Numbered from the stretch's first letter, positions 1-10,499 are shown. The stretch is 64,000 bases of DNA from Desulfobacterales bacterium (GCA_963674755.2 CAXXVS010000003.1:1760001-1824000), one strand, 5' to 3'. Notes: generated from the sequence alone by a model not told the origin. Numbers and translations are program-made.

Positions 1-168
1 ATTATGGATGCCAAACCGTCTTACAAACATGTATTTCTGAATGAGGATGAAATTGCAGTATTTAAAGAAAAATCAAAAGGTGCAAGAGAAGTATACATAG
101 ACATGGTTGGCAAGACAGGAGAAGAAGTGCTTAAGGCTATTGATACAGACATTCGCAATGCGAAATAG
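1..168 (+). CDS. 3' end of a gene running in from the left, possibly a TRAP (DctP-type) solute-binding protein
   Basis: Frame +1 is open from the window edge to TAG at 166-168 (IMDAKPSYKHVFLNEDEIAVFKEKSKGAREVYIDMVGKTGEEVLKAI...); the product call is by resemblance only. Confidence 0.4.
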   Translation: MMDAKPSYKHVFLNEDEIAVFKEKSKGAREVYIDMVGKTGEEVLKAIDTDIRNAK

Positions 169-401
169 CGACAAATTTATTTGCATTGGTGAGGGGAGAG
201 GCGGATCTGTTTAGTCCTCCATCGGCAAATGTTTGACCATTCAGATACCGCCTTCTCCCGATATTTTATATATATGATTAAAATTACTAAATTGCAAAAA
301 GCAGAATCGCAAATAATTACTTCACAAGATACTAAAGTTGTTGTCAAAGACGCTCAAGATTTGCCTTCTAAAACCATAGGACACAGAGCAAGAGCGATGA
401 T

Positions 402-1343
402 ATGGGATTATATGTTGTCAAACGAGTTTTGATGGCGATACCGGTCATGGCCATAGTGGCGGTGATCGTTTTTTCGTTGCTCTATCTGGTGCCGGGTGAT
501 GCGGCCTCGATCATTGCCGGCAATTTCGCCAGCCCTGAAGACGTTGAGCGCATCCGGCTCCAGATGGGGCTGGACCAATCGTTTATGGTCCAATTCTACC
601 AGTGGGTGACCGGCATGGCAGGCGGCGATCTGGGCAAATCGATTTTCTACGATATGCCGGTGACGACTTTGATGATGCAACGCCTGGGACCTACCCTTTC
701 CCTGGCCTTCGGCACCATTTTGGTGGCGGTGATAATTGCCCTTCCCGCCGGTTGTATCTCGGCCGTCTATTCTGGACGTTTTGTAGACCGGGCCACCATG
801 CTCTGCTCGGTACTCGGTTTTTCCATGCCGGTATTCGTGGTGGGCTACATTCTTATTTATCTATTTTCGTTCAAACTGCAATGGTTCCCGATCCAGGGAT
901 ATGTGGCCGTGGCCGAAGGCTTCGGCCTGTGGCTTCGCAGCATCGCCTTGCCCTGCATGGCGCTGGGGCTGGTTTTTTCGGCACTGATTGCCAGGATTAC
1001 CCGGGCGACCGTGGTTGAAGTACTGGCCCAAGACTTTATCCGTACGGCTCATGCCAAAGGTTTATCCCCGGTGGTGATCATGATCCGCCATACGCTAAGG
1101 AACGCAGCGGTGCCGATAGTGACTGTGATTGGCGTCTCCTTTGTGATGCTGATCGGCGGGGTGGTGATCACCGAAAGCGTGTTCAACATTCCCGGCCTGG
1201 GCCGTCTGGTGGTGGATGCCATCACACAGCGGGATTTTCCCATCATTCGGGCCATGCTGCTTATTTTTTCAGGGGTCTATCTGCTGATCAATTTGATCAT
1301 CGATATCATCTATACCCTGATCGATCCCCGGATCCAGTATTGA
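402..1343 (+). CDS. dppB: Peptide/nickel ABC transporter permease (DppB/OppB type)
   Basis: PGD..GLDQ N-terminus, FIRTAHAKGL EAA-like loop, ITESVFNIPGLG, C-terminal IDPRI. Confidence 0.92.
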   Translation: MGLYVVKRVLMAIPVMAIVAVIVFSLLYLVPGDAASIIAGNFASPEDVERIRLQMGLDQSFMVQFYQWVTGMAGGDLGKSIFYDMPVTTLMMQRLGPTLSLAFGTILVAVIIALPAGCISAVYSGRFVDRATMLCSVLGFSMPVFVVGYILIYLFSFKLQWFPIQGYVAVAEGFGLWLRSIALPCMALGLVFSALIARITRATVVEVLAQDFIRTAHAKGLSPVVIMIRHTLRNAAVPIVTVIGVSFVMLIGGVVITESVFNIPGLGRLVVDAITQRDFPIIRAMLLIFSGVYLLINLIIDIIYTLIDPRIQY

Positions 1344-1356
1344 CAGGGACGACGAT

Positions 1357-2229
1357 ATGAACAGCGTGATCAACCCATCCCATCTTAAACTCAGAATTCG
1401 GCGTCTTGCCGCCTTTCTGAGAGTCCAACCCCTGATCCTGATTTGTTCTTCGATGATCGCGGTGTTCATTATGGTGGCGCTTTTGTCCCCTTGGTTTACC
1501 CGTGACCCCATTATGGCAAATCCCCTGGTACGTCTGACCCCTCCCGGAACGGAATATTTTTTCGGTACCGACGGGCTGGGCCGAGATGTCTTTGCCCGTA
1601 CGGTGCAGGGGACGCGGGTATCACTAGTTGTGGGATTCGGCGTAACAATCCTGGCTACCTTAGCCGGGGTCGTCATCGGCATGCTCACCGGATATTTTCG
1701 TTTCGTGGATTTTTGGCTCATGCGGGTGATGGATGCCCTCATGGCCATTCCGGGGGTGCTAATGGCCATCGCTCTGATGACACTGTTTGGCGCTAGCATC
1801 ACCAACGTGATCATCGCCATTTCGATCCCGGAGATTCCAGGCATTGCCAGGCTTGTCCGATCCATCGTGCTGTCGCTCAGAGAGCAGGCATACGTCAAGG
1901 CTGCCGAATGCATCGGAACACGGCTGCATGGAATTATGCTGCGTCATATTCTCCCCAATATCGTGGCACCGCTCATCGTCCAAGCGAGCTATGTATTTGC
2001 CGGTGCGGTCATTTCAGAGGCCATACTGAGTTTCCTGGGGGCAGGCACACCGCCGGAGGTGGCCAGCTGGGGCAATATGGTGGCCGAAGGAAGGCTGATG
2101 TTCCTGGTGGCGCCCTGGGTGATCTTCTTCCCAAGTGCATTCCTGTCGGCCATGGTATTCATCATCAACATCCTGGGAGATGCCTTGCGCGACACACTGG
2201 ACCCAAGATTGGCCAAGGAGCTTGGATAG
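1357..2229 (+). CDS. dppC: Peptide ABC transporter permease (DppC/OppC type)
   Basis: FGTDGLGRD, YVKAAECIG (EAA loop), HILPN, GDALRDTLDPR. Confidence 0.92.
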   Translation: MNSVINPSHLKLRIRRLAAFLRVQPLILICSSMIAVFIMVALLSPWFTRDPIMANPLVRLTPPGTEYFFGTDGLGRDVFARTVQGTRVSLVVGFGVTILATLAGVVIGMLTGYFRFVDFWLMRVMDALMAIPGVLMAIALMTLFGASITNVIIAISIPEIPGIARLVRSIVLSLREQAYVKAAECIGTRLHGIMLRHILPNIVAPLIVQASYVFAGAVISEAILSFLGAGTPPEVASWGNMVAEGRLMFLVAPWVIFFPSAFLSAMVFIINILGDALRDTLDPRLAKELG

Positions 2230-2259
2230 GTGCAGCCGCCACAGGGGGGAAAAAAGGAA

Positions 2260-3291
2260 ATGTCGGGCGACCCATCGGAAAGAGGGACGATTTTAGACAT
2301 CGATGGCCTGAAGGTGTCGTTTCGCTCCAAGGGCCGCATCGTTCATGCGGTCAACAATGTTTCATTCCGGTTGAGGAAAGGAGAAACCCTTTGTCTAGTG
2401 GGTGAATCCGGATGCGGTAAGAGCGTCACTGCTCTGTCCGTCATGGGCTTGTTACCCCGGCCCCCCGCAAGCTTTGACCACGGTCAAATCCTTTTCGAGG
2501 GACGCGATATCCTGTCACTGAGTGAAAAGGAGATGCGGGCGTTGCGGGGGGACCGGATGGCGATGATTTTTCAATCCCCCGCCACCAGTTTGAATCCCCT
2601 GCTCACCATCGGTCGTCAAATAACCGAGGGGTTGGAAAAGCATCAGCGTTTATCCCGACGTGAGGCGACCCGATCGGCGATGGATTTTCTGGCAAAGGTC
2701 CGTATCCCGGACCCCAAACGGGTGATGAATCAATTTCCCCACGAACTTTCCGGGGGTATGTGTCAACGCATCATGATCGCGGTGGCATTGTCATCGAGAC
2801 CCGATTTGTTGATCGCCGACGAACCGACCACAGCACTGGACGTCACCATTCAGGCCCAGATCCTCAGCATCCTTTCCGAAATGCAGACAGAATCGGGAAC
2901 CGCGTTGCTGATGATCACCCATGATCTGGGTGTTGTGGCCGAAATAGCCGATCGGGTTTCGGTGATGTACGCCGGCTCCATTGTCGAGGACGCACACGTC
3001 GAATCGCTTTTCACCCATCCGGCCCATCCCTATACCATCGGTTTGATGCGTTCCATGCCGCAGTTGCATACCGCGGGGGTAGATGGGGGGCAATCGCGCC
3101 GTCGGCTTGATGAGATACGGGGAGTGGTGCCGCATTTAAGCCGTATCCCTGCCGGTTGCCTGTTTGCACCCCGATGCCATTGGGCTGTCCATCGATGTCG
3201 TGAAGAAGCTCCCCCGCTGACCCGTGTGGGCGAGGATCATCGGGCGGCCTGCTGGGAAGCGAAAAAGGTCCAGGAGTCAATTTATGTCTAA
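2260..3291 (+). CDS. dppD: Peptide ABC transporter ATPase (DppD/OppD type)
   Basis: Walker A GESGCGKS, LSGGM, DEPTTALD, HPYT and C-terminal Cys cluster; ATG 2260 follows a purine-rich SD-like stretch. Confidence 0.92.
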   Translation: MSGDPSERGTILDIDGLKVSFRSKGRIVHAVNNVSFRLRKGETLCLVGESGCGKSVTALSVMGLLPRPPASFDHGQILFEGRDILSLSEKEMRALRGDRMAMIFQSPATSLNPLLTIGRQITEGLEKHQRLSRREATRSAMDFLAKVRIPDPKRVMNQFPHELSGGMCQRIMIAVALSSRPDLLIADEPTTALDVTIQAQILSILSEMQTESGTALLMITHDLGVVAEIADRVSVMYAGSIVEDAHVESLFTHPAHPYTIGLMRSMPQLHTAGVDGGQSRRRLDEIRGVVPHLSRIPAGCLFAPRCHWAVHRCREEAPPLTRVGEDHRAACWEAKKVQESIYV

Positions 3292-4297
3292 TTCTTCCGA
3301 CTCGACCAAAAACCAGGCGAGCAAGCATCCGGTTCTGGAAGTGGCTGACTTGAAGAAGCACTATGTGCTGCGTAGCGGAATCGGGTGGTCGGCCAGGAAG
3401 AAGGTTTACGCCGTTGATGGCGTCTCCTTTTCAATCCGGGCCGGAGAGACGTTGGGGCTGGTGGGAGAAAGCGGATGCGGAAAATCCACGGTGGGCATGA
3501 GCCTGTTGATGCTGATTGAGCCGACCGGCGGTACAGTGAAATACAACGGTGTGGATATTACCCGCACCTCAAAGCAGGCACTGCGCCAGTATCGCCGACA
3601 CATGCAGATGGTTTTCCAGGATCCCTACAACTCGGTAAATCCGAGGATGACCATCGGGGATATTATCGCCGAGCCCCTGACTAACTTCAAGGCGGCCTCG
3701 AAGCGAAAGAGGCAGGCAAGGGTCCAGCGAATTATTCGCCGGGTCGGATTGAAGGAAGAACATATCGGGAAATTCCCCCACCAGATGTCCGGCGGCCAAC
3801 TGCAACGGGTGGGGATCGCCAGAGCCCTGGCGCTCAAGCCCGGATTGGTTGTCTGCGATGAGGTCGTTTCGGCCCTGGATGTATCCGTGCAGGCCCAAGT
3901 GCTCAACCTGTTGATGGACCTTCAAGACGAATACGGTTTTTCATATCTTTTCATCACGCATGATTTGTCGGTGGTCGAGCATATCAGCCATAGAATTGCG
4001 GTGATGTATCTGGGAAAAATCGTTGAACTGGCAGACAGACGCGCTCTTTTCGAAAATCCGTTGCATCCGTACACCCGGGCATTGCTGGACGCCGCCCCGG
4101 TGACAGACCCCAGGCACCGGAAAAAGCGGCTGCTGCTGTCCGGTGATGTGCCCAATCCGGTGAACCCACCCAAAGGGTGCCGTTTTCACACCCGTTGCCC
4201 CTTTGCGATAGAGCGTTGCCGTATCGAGGAACCTGTGCTGGAAAAAGCGGACACGGGTCATTTCAAAGCTTGTCATATTGACGATTTGCAACAATAG
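3284..4297 (+). CDS. dppF: Peptide ABC transporter ATPase (DppF/OppF type)
   Basis: AVDGVSF, GESGCGKS, MSGGQLQR, CDEVVSALD, GCRFHTRCP; AGGAG before ATG 3284. Confidence 0.92.
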   Translation: MSNSSDSTKNQASKHPVLEVADLKKHYVLRSGIGWSARKKVYAVDGVSFSIRAGETLGLVGESGCGKSTVGMSLLMLIEPTGGTVKYNGVDITRTSKQALRQYRRHMQMVFQDPYNSVNPRMTIGDIIAEPLTNFKAASKRKRQARVQRIIRRVGLKEEHIGKFPHQMSGGQLQRVGIARALALKPGLVVCDEVVSALDVSVQAQVLNLLMDLQDEYGFSYLFITHDLSVVEHISHRIAVMYLGKIVELADRRALFENPLHPYTRALLDAAPVTDPRHRKKRLLLSGDVPNPVNPPKGCRFHTRCPFAIERCRIEEPVLEKADTGHFKACHIDDLQQ

Positions 4298-4325
4298 CCA
4301 CAAACCTTAGGAAAAGGAGATTGGT

Positions 4326-5918
4326 ATGAGCAGAAGCACGTTGCGGTTTACAGCGTTATTGACGATGTTCGTTTTTTGCGGGCTGGCGGCTTTGGGTGCG
4401 TCGCCGGCAAATGCAGGAAAAACAATTAAATTCCGCCTGGCCGGAGATCTGAAAATCCTCGACCCCATCATCACCACTTCAGCGTATACCATCGGTCACG
4501 GTTACCTTGTTTACGACACGCTGTTTGCCATGAACAGCAAGTTCGAGCCCCAGCCGCAGATGGTCGACACCTGGTCTGTGAGCGATGACGGCCTGCGCTA
4601 CACCTTTACCCTGCGGAAGGGGATGAAATGGCACGACGGTACCGCCGTGACAGCCCGGGACGCGGTCGCTTCGTTGAAACGTTGGGGCCAGAAGGGCTCC
4701 GACGCAAAGGCCATGATGGGCCAGGTTCAATCCATTGAAGCCAAAAATGATCTTACCTTCGAGATGGTTTTCAAAGAGAAGTTTGGCCCGGTGCTTCTGA
4801 CGCTGGCCAACCCGGTGATCCCCGGATTCATAATGCGGGAAAAGGATGCCATGACCTCGCCGAACGAACCGGTAAAGGAGATTATCGGTTCCGGCCCCTT
4901 TATCTTTGCCAAGGATGAATGGATGCCCGGGCGGAAGATAGTCTACCATAAGTTCAAGGAATATGTTCCGAGGAAAGAACCGGCAGACGGCTATGCCGGT
5001 GGTAAAATCGCCAAAGTCGACACCGTCGAGACGGTCATTATTCCGGATACCAACACCGCCGTTCAGGCCCTGATCGCTGGGGAAATCGATGTAATGGAGT
5101 CGGTGCCCACCGACTTGGTGCCGTTGCTCAAAGCCTCCGGCAGCGTCGAGGTACGCGTGACCAACCCCCTGGGCTTCCTCGGACATCTTCGTATCAACTC
5201 GGTCAATCCTCCCTTCAACAACCCCAAGGCCCGGCAGGCCCTGCTCATGTCCATCGACCAGGACGCCTTTAACACCGCGGTGGTGGGCAATCATCCCGAA
5301 TACAAAAAAACCTGCTGGGCCGTGTTCGGCTGCGATTCGTTGTTTGAAACCGAAGTCGGGGCAGAGCCCTTCATCAACGGGTCCACGGAGAAGGCCAAGC
5401 AATTGATGAAAGAGGCGGGCTATGACGGTCGAAAAATCGTTATCCTAGATCCCACGGACTGGGATCAGGGGCATGCCTATGCCCTGCTCGCCGGTCAAGC
5501 GCTTCGCGGCATCGGCGTTCAGGTTGATGTTCAAGCCATGGACTGGAGCACCCTGAGCGAACGTCGTTCCAGCAAGAAATTGCCGGGTCCCGGGTCCCCG
5601 GGCTGGGATATATTCCCCACCTCATGGCCCACCATCACCATGTCGAACCCCATCACCAATCAGCCTCTGGAAACCTCTTGTGACAAAGCCTGGTATGGAT
5701 GGCCCTGCGACAAGGAAATCGAAAGACTGCGCGGCGAATTTGTGAAATCCGCGACCATCGAGGAGCAGAAAGAAGTGACCCGGGCACTTCAAAAGCGTTT
5801 CTATGAGATTGTTCCCTACGTGAATGCCGGCCAGTATGTAGAGGCCAACGCCTGGCGTAGCGAGTTGAAAGGGATGATTCCGTTCATGCAGCCGGTTTAC
5901 TGGAACGTCGACAAATAA
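4326..5918 (+). CDS. ABC transporter substrate-binding protein, family 5 (DppA/OppA-like)
   Basis: Signal peptide ending ANA, LDP, YDTL, FTLRKGMKWHDG, IGSGPF; AAGGAG SD. Confidence 0.9.
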   Translation: MSRSTLRFTALLTMFVFCGLAALGASPANAGKTIKFRLAGDLKILDPIITTSAYTIGHGYLVYDTLFAMNSKFEPQPQMVDTWSVSDDGLRYTFTLRKGMKWHDGTAVTARDAVASLKRWGQKGSDAKAMMGQVQSIEAKNDLTFEMVFKEKFGPVLLTLANPVIPGFIMREKDAMTSPNEPVKEIIGSGPFIFAKDEWMPGRKIVYHKFKEYVPRKEPADGYAGGKIAKVDTVETVIIPDTNTAVQALIAGEIDVMESVPTDLVPLLKASGSVEVRVTNPLGFLGHLRINSVNPPFNNPKARQALLMSIDQDAFNTAVVGNHPEYKKTCWAVFGCDSLFETEVGAEPFINGSTEKAKQLMKEAGYDGRKIVILDPTDWDQGHAYALLAGQALRGIGVQVDVQAMDWSTLSERRSSKKLPGPGSPGWDIFPTSWPTITMSNPITNQPLETSCDKAWYGWPCDKEIERLRGEFVKSATIEEQKEVTRALQKRFYEIVPYVNAGQYVEANAWRSELKGMIPFMQPVYWNVDK

Positions 5919-6022
5919 ATTCCTCGGCGGTCAATGTCCACGTCGACGGCGGTTGGCGTGGACGCCCTGCCGGACCCGTTCATGCTGAAGATTAACGAAT
6001 CATTATTCAACGGGAAGATCAA

Positions 6023-7534
6023 ATGAAATTCGGGAAACGGCCGTTACGGATCGCTGTCGGGATGCTTCTGTTTGAAGGAAACAGCCAGTCCCCCGTGGTT
6101 ACCACCATTGATGACTTCAAACAAATCATGCTTGCCAAAGGGCCATCGGTGCTGGAAGTCGTCCATGGTACACAGACAGAGCTAGCTGGGGCCCTGGAAG
6201 TCTTTTCACTATTTGAGGTGACGCCCGTTCCTTTGATCGCTGCCAATGGCAATGCCGGAGGATTGGTGAGCCGGACGGCGTACGAGCAATTGCACGCCAT
6301 GTTGAGGGAAAGTCTCGCTTCGGCAGGGGATCTGGATGCTGTCTATTTAGCGTTGCATGGAGCTTTCATTACCGAAAATGAAAACGATGTCGACGGCGTC
6401 ATTCTGGAAGATGTCCGTGCCATCATAGGGGATACTCCGCTGGCCGTCAGTCTTGACCTCCATGCTAACATTACCAAAAAAATGGCGGCCAATGCCGATT
6501 TTTTCATCGGCTACCGTCACTACCCTCACGACGATGCTTTCGACACCGGGCGAAGGACGGCAGGGCTCTTGCTCCGTATGTTAAAAGGTGAGATTCGACC
6601 GGTGATGCGCGTATGCCGAACCCCGATGATCGTCGCTTGCCAGAACCAAAACACGAAGGGGAAGGCACCTCTGGCCGAAATCCATGCCATGGCCCGGGGT
6701 TTTGAATATGCCGGAACCATCCTGGCTGCCAGCTACTTTCCCGTTCAGCATGGTTTCGATTTTCCCGACATGAGCTACGCCACCGTGGTGGTCACCGACA
6801 ATAACCCGGAAACCGCTGACCAGATCGCCCGGTACTTGGCCAAGGCGGCATGGGAACGGCGACAGGCTTTTGATGTCGCCACGGTGCGCCCCGAGGAGGC
6901 TATTAAGCGCGGTTTGGCAATGGATGCTCAGCCGATTGTTCTTTCTGATGCTTCGGATACGGTAGGGGGAGGTGCTGCCGGTGACAGTGCCTACATGCTA
7001 AAGATGCTGCTCGAACATGCACCGAACGTTTCTGCCGCAATAGTGGTTGTGGACCCTGAAACAGCATCAATAGCACGATCGTTTGAAGTCGGAACAACCC
7101 TCAAGGTACACCTTGGAAACAAGCACAGCCCCATTTATGGCCCTCCTATAGAGGTTAACGCTATACTGACCCGATTTATCGAAGACGCCCGTTTTTCCTG
7201 TACCGGTGGTTGTTCGGAAGGCGTTGTTTCCGTGATGGGTGACACCGCCGTGTTACAGATCGGTGGCGTTACGGTCGTTGTCCCTTCTCTGCCCACTTAC
7301 GAATATGCCGATGAGCAGTTTCGCACAGTTGGACTGAACCTCGACAAATTTAAATTCATTGTGGTGAAAAATCCGATGAACTATCAACAGGCTTTCCATC
7401 ATGCTCCGGCATTGTTCGATTTGGACACCCCCGGCCCAACTACGTGCATGATCCGTTACCCCCAATGGAAGCATTTGGACCGGCCCATCTATCCCCTGGA
7501 TGATGATTTTGAACCCCGATTCGACACGTTCTAG
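6023..7534 (+). CDS. MlrC-family (M81) metallopeptidase/amidohydrolase
   Basis: E-x-N near the N-terminus, LALHGA, LDLHAN, YRHYPHDD, C-terminal RPIYPLD. Confidence 0.85.
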   Translation: MKFGKRPLRIAVGMLLFEGNSQSPVVTTIDDFKQIMLAKGPSVLEVVHGTQTELAGALEVFSLFEVTPVPLIAANGNAGGLVSRTAYEQLHAMLRESLASAGDLDAVYLALHGAFITENENDVDGVILEDVRAIIGDTPLAVSLDLHANITKKMAANADFFIGYRHYPHDDAFDTGRRTAGLLLRMLKGEIRPVMRVCRTPMIVACQNQNTKGKAPLAEIHAMARGFEYAGTILAASYFPVQHGFDFPDMSYATVVVTDNNPETADQIARYLAKAAWERRQAFDVATVRPEEAIKRGLAMDAQPIVLSDASDTVGGGAAGDSAYMLKMLLEHAPNVSAAIVVVDPETASIARSFEVGTTLKVHLGNKHSPIYGPPIEVNAILTRFIEDARFSCTGGCSEGVVSVMGDTAVLQIGGVTVVVPSLPTYEYADEQFRTVGLNLDKFKFIVVKNPMNYQQAFHHAPALFDLDTPGPTTCMIRYPQWKHLDRPIYPLDDDFEPRFDTF

Positions 7535-7674
7535 TATCGGGCTGATCTTGGGAGCCGGCCAGCGGCATTGAAAGAAACTGATTCCGGGGCCTGTCCGGAG
7601 GACCGATCTCCCGATGCTCGACCATTGCACCGGGCGCTGCCCCTTATTCGGCTAAAAAAGGAGATATCGTTGTC

Positions 7675-8748
7675 ATGGAAGCATGGATTGAACAACTCCA
7701 GGAAACCGTCAATACTTTGGAGAGACTACAGCAATATATCAATGTCAGCCCCGCTGAAGCATCGGCCATCGAGACCATGGATACCAAATGGGGGACCACA
7801 CCGTATTTTGCCTCTTTGATGGACCCGGACGATCCGGCATGCCCCATTCGCCGGCAGGTCATTCCCTCGGTAAAGGAGAGGGAAAACGTTTACGGCATGA
7901 AGGACTATCTGATCTGGAAGGAGAACCGTACCATAGAAGAGGCTCGTCCGGACAGCATCGCCCGGCAGTACCACGACCGGGTAGCTTTTACAGTCACCGA
8001 CATTTGTGCCAACTATTGCCGGCACTGCTTTCGCAAAGAGGTCGTGGTAGACCGGGACCTGAACCTGCGCATGGATGTGGATGAAGGTCTGAGGTGGATT
8101 TCAGAGCATCGGGAAATCAGAGATGTTTTGATTACCGGAGGGGATCCCTTTATCCTTGCCGACGACAAGATCGAATACCTGATCCGCAAACTCCGGGAGA
8201 TCGATCATTTGGAGATGATCCGCTTCGGCACGAGAACGCCCATCGTTCTGCCCCAGCGGATTACCCCCGGCTTGCAGAAGGTGCTAAGCGGTTTTCACCA
8301 CATCCCCATCTGGATCAACACCCAGTGCAACCACCCCAAGGAGATCACCGAAGCCACGGCCAAGGCGGTGTACGACCTGCTATGCTGTGGGATCAACGTA
8401 GGCAACCAGGCGGTACTACTTAAGGGGATCAATGACGATAAGGCTACTTTCCGGAGCCTGCACCAGAAATTATTATCCGTGCGTATCCGTCCGTACTATG
8501 TTTTCTATTGCGAGCCTGCACCAGGCATCGACCACTTCCGCACTCCGGTAGAAAAAGGAGCCGAGTTGATTCGTGATGCCTTGAGAGGGCACACTACCGG
8601 TTTAACCCAGCCGATGTATGTTATCGCCACAAATATCGGAAAGATCCCTTTGATGCCGGACTATTATATTAAGGGCAAAAATACAAAAGAATACACCCTG
8701 ATTAACTACCAGGGCAAAACAACAACGATACCGAACATTCCTGAGTGA
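7675..8748 (+). CDS. KamA-family radical SAM aminomutase (lysine 2,3-aminomutase-like; substrate uncertain)
   Basis: CANYCRHCFRK (CxxxCxxC), TGGDP, RFGTRTP, NHPKE, NQAVLLKGIND, HFRT, GKIP (PLP lysine); AAGGAG SD. Confidence 0.88.
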   Translation: MEAWIEQLQETVNTLERLQQYINVSPAEASAIETMDTKWGTTPYFASLMDPDDPACPIRRQVIPSVKERENVYGMKDYLIWKENRTIEEARPDSIARQYHDRVAFTVTDICANYCRHCFRKEVVVDRDLNLRMDVDEGLRWISEHREIRDVLITGGDPFILADDKIEYLIRKLREIDHLEMIRFGTRTPIVLPQRITPGLQKVLSGFHHIPIWINTQCNHPKEITEATAKAVYDLLCCGINVGNQAVLLKGINDDKATFRSLHQKLLSVRIRPYYVFYCEPAPGIDHFRTPVEKGAELIRDALRGHTTGLTQPMYVIATNIGKIPLMPDYYIKGKNTKEYTLINYQGKTTTIPNIPE

Positions 8749-8839
8749 AGTCATCGATGAATTACTCAACCACCCAGGGCGATCCACTTTCGGTTGAGAG
8801 AGATAGGCCGCTAAATTAACAGCCTATCTCAGATCGTTG

Positions 8840-8879
8840 ACAAACCCCGTCTTATTGGAGGCGGGGTTTGTTATTTTTT
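8840..8879 (+). terminator. Putative intrinsic terminator after the ABC-MlrC-KamA operon
   Basis: ACAAACCCCGTC-loop-GGCGGGGTTTGT stem followed by TATTTTTT. Confidence 0.6.
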
Positions 8880-9470
8880 GGCCCATTGCCTTACTTGAGG
8901 ACATGGTTTCTGGGACACAGGTAACAGTCAAAATGGGTAATGAGACCGTGGGAAGCGGGTGAGGGGCAAGTGCCTACTTGCCGTGTCTTGAATTGGCCTT
9001 AAAGGTTGGTTAAAGTTGGCGAATGCTATCGAGTTGGCTGCAACCGGAAGACAACCCGGAGCCGAGAAATGGCGTTGAGCGAGGGGATACTCTTGGTATT
9101 GACGGCTCAGAGATCACATGTGCCTTCTGGTATCGGTGGAACCGAAATACATTTCAATTTGAGATGCCATGATGATGTTTGGTCCATCTTTGGGAGCAAT
9201 CCGACCGCCTTTGTAAACAAAAAGGGGGACTATCGTATGTTGGGGTGGATCTTTGCGGTTTGAGCGTTATCTAAACCTGCCATAGGCAGCCGCTATCTGC
9301 ATTGGCTCTTGTGACAGATTTGTTATAGTAAACAGAAAGAGAACCGGTCAGAATCATATTTTCGATGGGCAAGGTCACCTCGATATTGGTCGGCCCCCTG
9401 TGCTTAGCACACTGTCCGGTCCTTAAGGTCCACCGCCACCGAAGCCCGACCAAGCAGGAAAGGAAAATGA

Positions 9471-10028
9471 ATGAACTCAAGAAGCAAGGCAGCGATTCCG
9501 GCAACAAAAGAGTGCTACGAAATTCTTGAAGAAACAGGCACGCTCCAACACATCAAGGAACACTCAGAAACAGTCACCTGCGTAGCCAGAGAAATTGCGG
9601 AACGCATGAACCAATCCGGAAAAAAAGTTGATGTTGACCTCATAGTCGCGGCGGCGCTGCTCCACGACGCGACGAAAACCAGAAGCCTGAAGACTGGCGA
9701 AGACCACGCAGAGACAGGAGCAGAGCTGTTACGTCAAAAAGGGTACTTTGAGATCAGCGAAATCGTTCGGCAACACGTACGCCTCGACTGCGAGCCAAGC
9801 AACGGAAAAATCACCGAAGCCGAAATCGTGAACTACGCAGACAAGCGCGTCATCAACAAAGACGTGGTAGGCCTACAAGAAAGGCGGGAATACATATTCA
9901 GGCGATATGCCGGGCATTACATAGACGCCACCGAACTAGAAAAGATTTGGGACGACACAGAAAAAATAGAGAAAAAAATCTTTGCGGAGATGCCTTACGG
10001 ACCGGAGAAGCTCGCAGAGAAAATTTGA
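9471..10028 (+). CDS. HD-domain (HDIG-type) metal-dependent phosphohydrolase, copy 1
   Basis: EHS...AALLHD...H...H...YADKR metal-ligand pattern; AGGA SD. Confidence 0.85.
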   Translation: MNSRSKAAIPATKECYEILEETGTLQHIKEHSETVTCVAREIAERMNQSGKKVDVDLIVAAALLHDATKTRSLKTGEDHAETGAELLRQKGYFEISEIVRQHVRLDCEPSNGKITEAEIVNYADKRVINKDVVGLQERREYIFRRYAGHYIDATELEKIWDDTEKIEKKIFAEMPYGPEKLAEKI

Positions 10029-10277
10029 TTCATAAACCGGAATTGAACCCGGAAGAAATCCAGATTTACGTCCCAGGAACCGCGGCCGGTTTTTCATAAA
10101 TGGCTATTAGGTTTCGCATGGACGCCTCCGTTAACCGGACACACCGGATTCTGCAAATCGCCCAAACGTCGTCATCGAAAAGAAAAAATGCATAAGACCG
10201 CATAAAACAAGCTGCTGCTGATATCGTTTCTTTGAAGTCTGACAGCGGCGGCCTCGATCGCATCAAAAGCGTTGATC

Positions 10278-10305
10278 TTGTTTTTCGGTGATACGGTGTT
10301 ATATT
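10278..10305 (+). promoter_or_regulatory. Putative sigma70 promoter for the riboswitch leader (repeated at +2305)
   Basis: TTGTTT-16 bp-TATATT with extended TG, ending about 15 bp before the aptamer. Confidence 0.4.
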
Positions 10306-10318
10306 ATCCAATAACATT

Positions 10319-10372
10319 TGGGGATGGAGTCCCCCCTGTTAACCGCCCGGGCTGGGCTGATGACTCCTACCG
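10319..10372 (+). promoter_or_regulatory. Fluoride riboswitch (crcB motif), copy 1
   Basis: GGGGATGGAGTCCCCC..AACCGCCC-gggct-GGGCTGATGACTCCTAC matches the class consensus GGCGATGGAGTTCGCC..AACCGC..GCTRATGACTCCTAC; GGAGT/ACTCC, GGGG/CCCC pseudoknot and GCCC/GGGC pairings all present. Confidence 0.92.
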
Positions 10373-10398
10373 GCAGTCATGATCGGTGGGATTATTCT
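10365..10398 (+). terminator. Riboswitch expression-platform terminator, copy 1 (copy 2 at +2305)
   Basis: TCCTACCG/CGGTGGGA stem followed by TTATTCT; its 5' arm is the aptamer's 3' strand, so the two structures are mutually exclusive. Confidence 0.7.
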
Positions 10399-10499
10399 GG
10401 AGAGGCCCGCAGGCGGTTTTCTTATGCCTAAATGCGCTAGTGGCCTCTTTGGATGCAAGCATTCCACATGAATGCTTAAACGACAACAGGGAGGTAACA

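Noticed and set aside
194..259. Inverted repeat GGGAGAGGCGGATCTG...CAGATACCGCCTTCTCCC
   Set aside because: Plausibly a terminator or stabiliser after the first partial gene, but it has a long loop and is single-copy here, so no specific call
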